NCBI GenBank assembly: GCA_030295235.1
Contig: AP026124.1
Span: forward strand, 372,001-436,000
Source: Fistulifera solaris
Taxonomy: Eukaryota
Reading direction: 5' to 3'
DNA: 64,000 bases
The position numbers and the translations under genes were made by a program. The stretch's first letter is position 1. The number at the start of each line of letters is the position of its first letter. Below the pieces are notes generated by a model, which did not search any database, had not been told where the DNA came from, and saw nothing but the letters and a program-made list of their open reading frames with translations. This document shows positions 59,548-64,000 of this stretch, in pieces.

Positions 59548-60353
59548 ACAATGACCTCGCTTCGATTCGATGCACGAAAAAATGCGAGCGGTAGAGAGAA
59601 AGAAACAGTTTTAGTTCTTTGTTTACAAACAATTAGCATTCATCGCATCGTCTCCAATAATGGCAATTGTTTTTATGGCTCTGAAGAAAAGTCGAATGTT
59701 CGTGGCGATGTCAAAACACGTTATGAAACACGTGTCGCACCGCATATACAATTACTATAGGCCAATTATGCATCACGGGTTAGAACCGCGGAGACAGATA
59801 ACGCGATTCTCGCATACGCCATGGTCGATGTTGATCAGCTGTTCTTTATCGAGCTGCCAAAAAATTGAAGTGGCTTCATTATTGCGATTAAATTCCGATC
59901 TATAATGTCGAGACTCAGGACGTATGTATTTTTCTTCCAATTTACTATCGTCCAGAATGTTGTTCGTTTCTCAACAAGACTGGATTATCAGTCACGAGAT
60001 AATTACTGCGGAGACAAAGAAGGAGTCCAAGCATCAAAGGTCTGTATATTTTGCTAGGTAACATTCTTAGATTAGCATTTAATGAATGTTATTAGCACTA
60101 ATAATGCCCATTTCGTTATATTCGCCGAAAATCATTGCGAATAGTTATCTTGCATTTTTACTGTAGGACAAAGTACCATCCACGACTTCACACATTTCTG
60201 TCATGAGTCTTTTTGACTCATAATAACGCGACGAAGAAAATGAAAGGTGACGGTGATCGATGATTGATAATAGACCCACAAAAGCGTTGCAATTAATTGA
60301 TTCGTATTAGGGCACAAAAGACAATCGAAATAGGTGTTGGGTAAGCTCTAAGA

Positions 60354-61063
60354 ATGACGCAATCACCGCCCCAAACTACAGCACAGCCAGTTCGACAAGA
60401 TGAAAAGAATCGGCACGACTGTGCAATCAATGGGTGGAGAATGCACTCACTAAAAACAAATCCATCCAATTCCTTGTACAGCATTTAGTAGATACTGGCT
60501 GTCAGCCACCTGATCGCTTTATCCGATGTATGTCTTGTGAAGAGCCCGCCGCAGGGGGATTTGGTATGGTCGAAGAGGTTGTTCTAAAGACAAACAACAA
60601 ACTAGAAATGAAAGAACAGTGCCATCGCTCTCTGCAAGACCTGCAAAATCAGATACAGCGCGAAAAGGAAGGCACGTCATTACTCAAACTAAATCCGGAA
60701 ATTTATATTTGCCAACAATACATGGAAAATGAACTCATGACACACAAAACGATTGCACATGAACTCATCCACGCAATTGACATGTGCCGGACCAAGATGG
60801 ATCCGATACGAAATTGCGTACATCTTGCCTGTACTGAAATTCGAGCGGAGAATCTATCGGGGGAATGCTCTTTTTGGAAGGAACTTCCGCGCATGGAGAA
60901 GTACGCGGGGCATGGCAAAGAGTGTGTGCGGAGACGAGCCATTCTATCGGTGCGAGCGAATCCGAATTGTACAAAGCGGGCCGAAGAGTTCGTCGATGCT
61001 TGTATGGATCGTTGTTTTCAGGATGTGTATCCCTTTGATCGGCATCCTAACTTAAGAGATTAA
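60354..61063 (+). CDS. ATP23: Mitochondrial inner membrane protease ATP23 (frameshift ~60430)
   Basis: AGGF, ICQ, HELIH, HLACTEIRA.NLSGEC, CVRRRA.LSV and CFQD..PF motifs. Confidence 0.88.
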
Positions 61064-61220
61064 TTTAATGATGATGATTTTAGATATGGATTTGTGTCTT
61101 TCGTTCAAAGCTTTCACTTGACATGACGAACTGAAAAAACAAATTTCACTGCACTATCTAAACAAGTTGACAATACACACTTATACCTGAGTTGTTTTCA
61201 TTGAGTGCTAGTTAAAAGGT

Positions 61221-61694
<474 letters not shown>

Positions 61695-62125
61695 TTATAT
61701 TGTCTGCGACAGCAACAATAGTATCCAGCAGTCAATCACAACCGGTGCTGTGCTTATTTCCGAATAGATCACTCCATCGTCCTTGCTGGGAGGACGCGTT
61801 TCGTTTAGTAAAGCGGTAACCTCGTTTGTCAGTCCCTTGTCGATCCGGGACATGATGAAGTTTTGGTTCATCCGGTACCAGTGTGAAGGAAAACACATAT
61901 TTTGCATCCGTAACTAACGGCAAAATAACCGCCAATGCTTTGGCGAGAACCGCAAGACGCAAGACCCAACAACGACCCCATCGACATCGATGGCAAGATG
62001 TAGAAGAGTCAGTCTTCTTACATTGAAACAACTTCCGAATCTATCAGCACGCCTTGCGATGGCGACAACAAAGATTCCTACATTATTTTCATTTTGAGCA
62101 TAGAAAAATTGTCTGGAACCGAGAG

Positions 62126-63868
62126 ATGTTCACGTGCAGCTACTTGGATTTCTCGAGTCGTGGAGATAACCGGCCGGTGGAATTGATGATTTTCACCTGG
62201 GTATTTTATATCATTCTTCCGCCAGCCGTCCTTACTCTAGCAATTACGAAGAACTTCTTCGTGACTGTGGCTGCTGCTTTTACGCTTCCATCACTTGCCA
62301 TTTGCCAGGGAGCTATTGGTATTTTGAAATACCGCTACTTCTTCGGAGATGCCCCTCACCCTCTGACTCCGAGTCATGGTGTTGTCGTAGTTCATTCAGA
62401 AGACGAAAATGATTTAGCAAGCAGCAACTCTGACGATGAACCCTCTCAGTCGCAATGTCATGGCGATGAGTACAAGGCCGCCCTCTTCCTCTACGAGATC
62501 CTCCGAGGTGCCTTCAAGCAGCGTTGCAAAAGGCTCCGATTCGTGTACTTGTGATTGGAGATTCACTGGCGATTGGCGTGGGACAGAGCAGGTCCGCAAC
62601 TCCGATCTTACCAGAGGCGATTAGTAAAACTCTTTCGAAGAAGCTGGGCGGACGAATAGTTTATTGGAGTTGTCATGGAGCCCCGGGCGCGTCGACCGGA
62701 TGGATTGTGAGAGAAATAGAACGAGGAATCAAGTTTGATAAACAAGACGATCCGAAGCAGTCAACTATCGAGGATGATGATGACTCGATCGCCCTAGACC
62801 AATTATGTAAACCGTGTTGCAGCGACACTGATTCCAGTTCAGATGATTCTTCATCTTGTGACGAGACGTCAGAACCGTGCTCGTCGTCTCAGCGCAGCGA
62901 GAACGATGAGGACTCTGCAACCCTTAGTCAATGGAGAGAGCTACTGACAGAACATCGAAAACGCTTCGATCAATCTGATTCACTGGGGCCTTATGACATT
63001 GTTGTTGCAGTAACCGGCTCGAATGATCTCAAAAGCGCGTGTTTTCCGTTTCTGCTAAGAGGAGAAGATATTGAGTTCCGACGACAGGCGAGAGAAAGAG
63101 GTGGCAGCTATACGCAAGAGTTGCGGCGGCTTCTGGAATCATTGAACGATACGATGCAACGACAGTTTGAAACCATCCGTCTCCAAGTGGAAGTCGCCAA
63201 GGATTCTGTGCTCGAAAAAGTCGGAGAAACGTTTGAGTATATTTCACCTGGTAGTAGCCAACGACTTCCGAGTCCAAGTCAAAAAGACGGAATTTCACGG
63301 TCTAGTAATAAAGAAAGCGACCAGAAGCAGCCTACTACGAGTAATCAACCATGGCGTCAAGAATCCAGAAGTCGCCCCTTGGTTGTTCTGCCGGGCATGT
63401 GTGCGCGCGCCGTCCCCCTCCTTCCAAATATTGCCATTGAAATTTCTCTCTGTTCCGAGCGTGGACATTATGGACATGCATAAGCGAAACTTTGCTGAAG
63501 CGAATGAAGGAGACGTCATGTTCGTTCCGGCCCCGTCGATTCATAATCTTGCAGAATACCAAAACCGAAAAGGCGAATTATGGTCACAAAAGGATACGGA
63601 AAATACTATTCTAGCGCTTCGTGATATATCCAAAAGAGACAGGCGGCGCATTGAGCGTGACATGAGCCGGTATTACCGAGAGAAGGCGGATGCTGTGAAT
63701 CGAAGTATCGCTTCTCGATTTTCGTGGCTTTACTTGCATATGCCGGCCAATGATATGTTTTCTGTGGATCAAGTTCATCCATGCGACGAGTGCTATGACT
63801 GTTGGGGACGGTTGATTGGGAACGCCATTTCAGAAGAGCTACAATCGAAAAAGAAACTGGCCAGCTAA
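62126..63868 (+). CDS. Membrane-anchored SGNH/GDSL hydrolase-like protein (frameshifts ~62520 and ~63420)
   Basis: N-terminal TM helices; block I VIGDSL, block III TGSND and block V DQVHP. Confidence 0.7.
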
Positions 63869-64000
63869 GTTGTCGCTCCTATCCTGCTGAACGGAGGTTC
63901 CTGACTCGCCTCAATCGTTTCTTAAGGACGCCGTTAGTGGATGCTCTGTACATTTGCCTTAACGATTAAGCTGCATGCGGAAGAATCATCCACGGCTTGT

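Noticed and set aside
61068..61134. Possible C/D box snoRNA (ATGATGA ... CTGA) between ATP23 and RPS27A
   Set aside because: Weak terminal stem, no rRNA-complementary guide I could identify, and it lies in an AT-rich 3' UTR.

Overview
Gene-dense eukaryotic DNA, most likely from a pennate diatom. This rests on short GT-AG introns of about 70-135 bp, bipartite signal + ASAF-type plastid presequences, nuclear-encoded plastid L9 and L28, and a copia element of the kind seen in diatoms. About 30 protein-coding genes can be recognised, mostly housekeeping. Many are broken by single-base losses in homopolymer runs, which look like long-read assembly errors rather than pseudogenes. Non-routine features are: (1) a full-length, very young Ty1/copia LTR retrotransposon (7090-12464) with a 6-bp TSD and a palindrome instead of a canonical PBS; (2) a tandem pair of TM-CHASE-TM-histidine kinase-receiver genes sharing a near-identical ~250-bp tract; (3) a ~1.3-kb array of a variable 16-bp unit (CAAAAGCGTAAGTKTB) sitting between two copies of a 547-bp direct duplication that leaves both neighbouring genes intact; (4) a ribonucleotide reductase large subunit with an apparent organelle-targeting presequence; (5) GST-HIT and Prp38-Tudor fusions and an S27a lacking most zinc ligands; and (6) recurring GTAC/CCWGG palindromes upstream of genes. 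All calls come from reading the sequence; no database searches were run.
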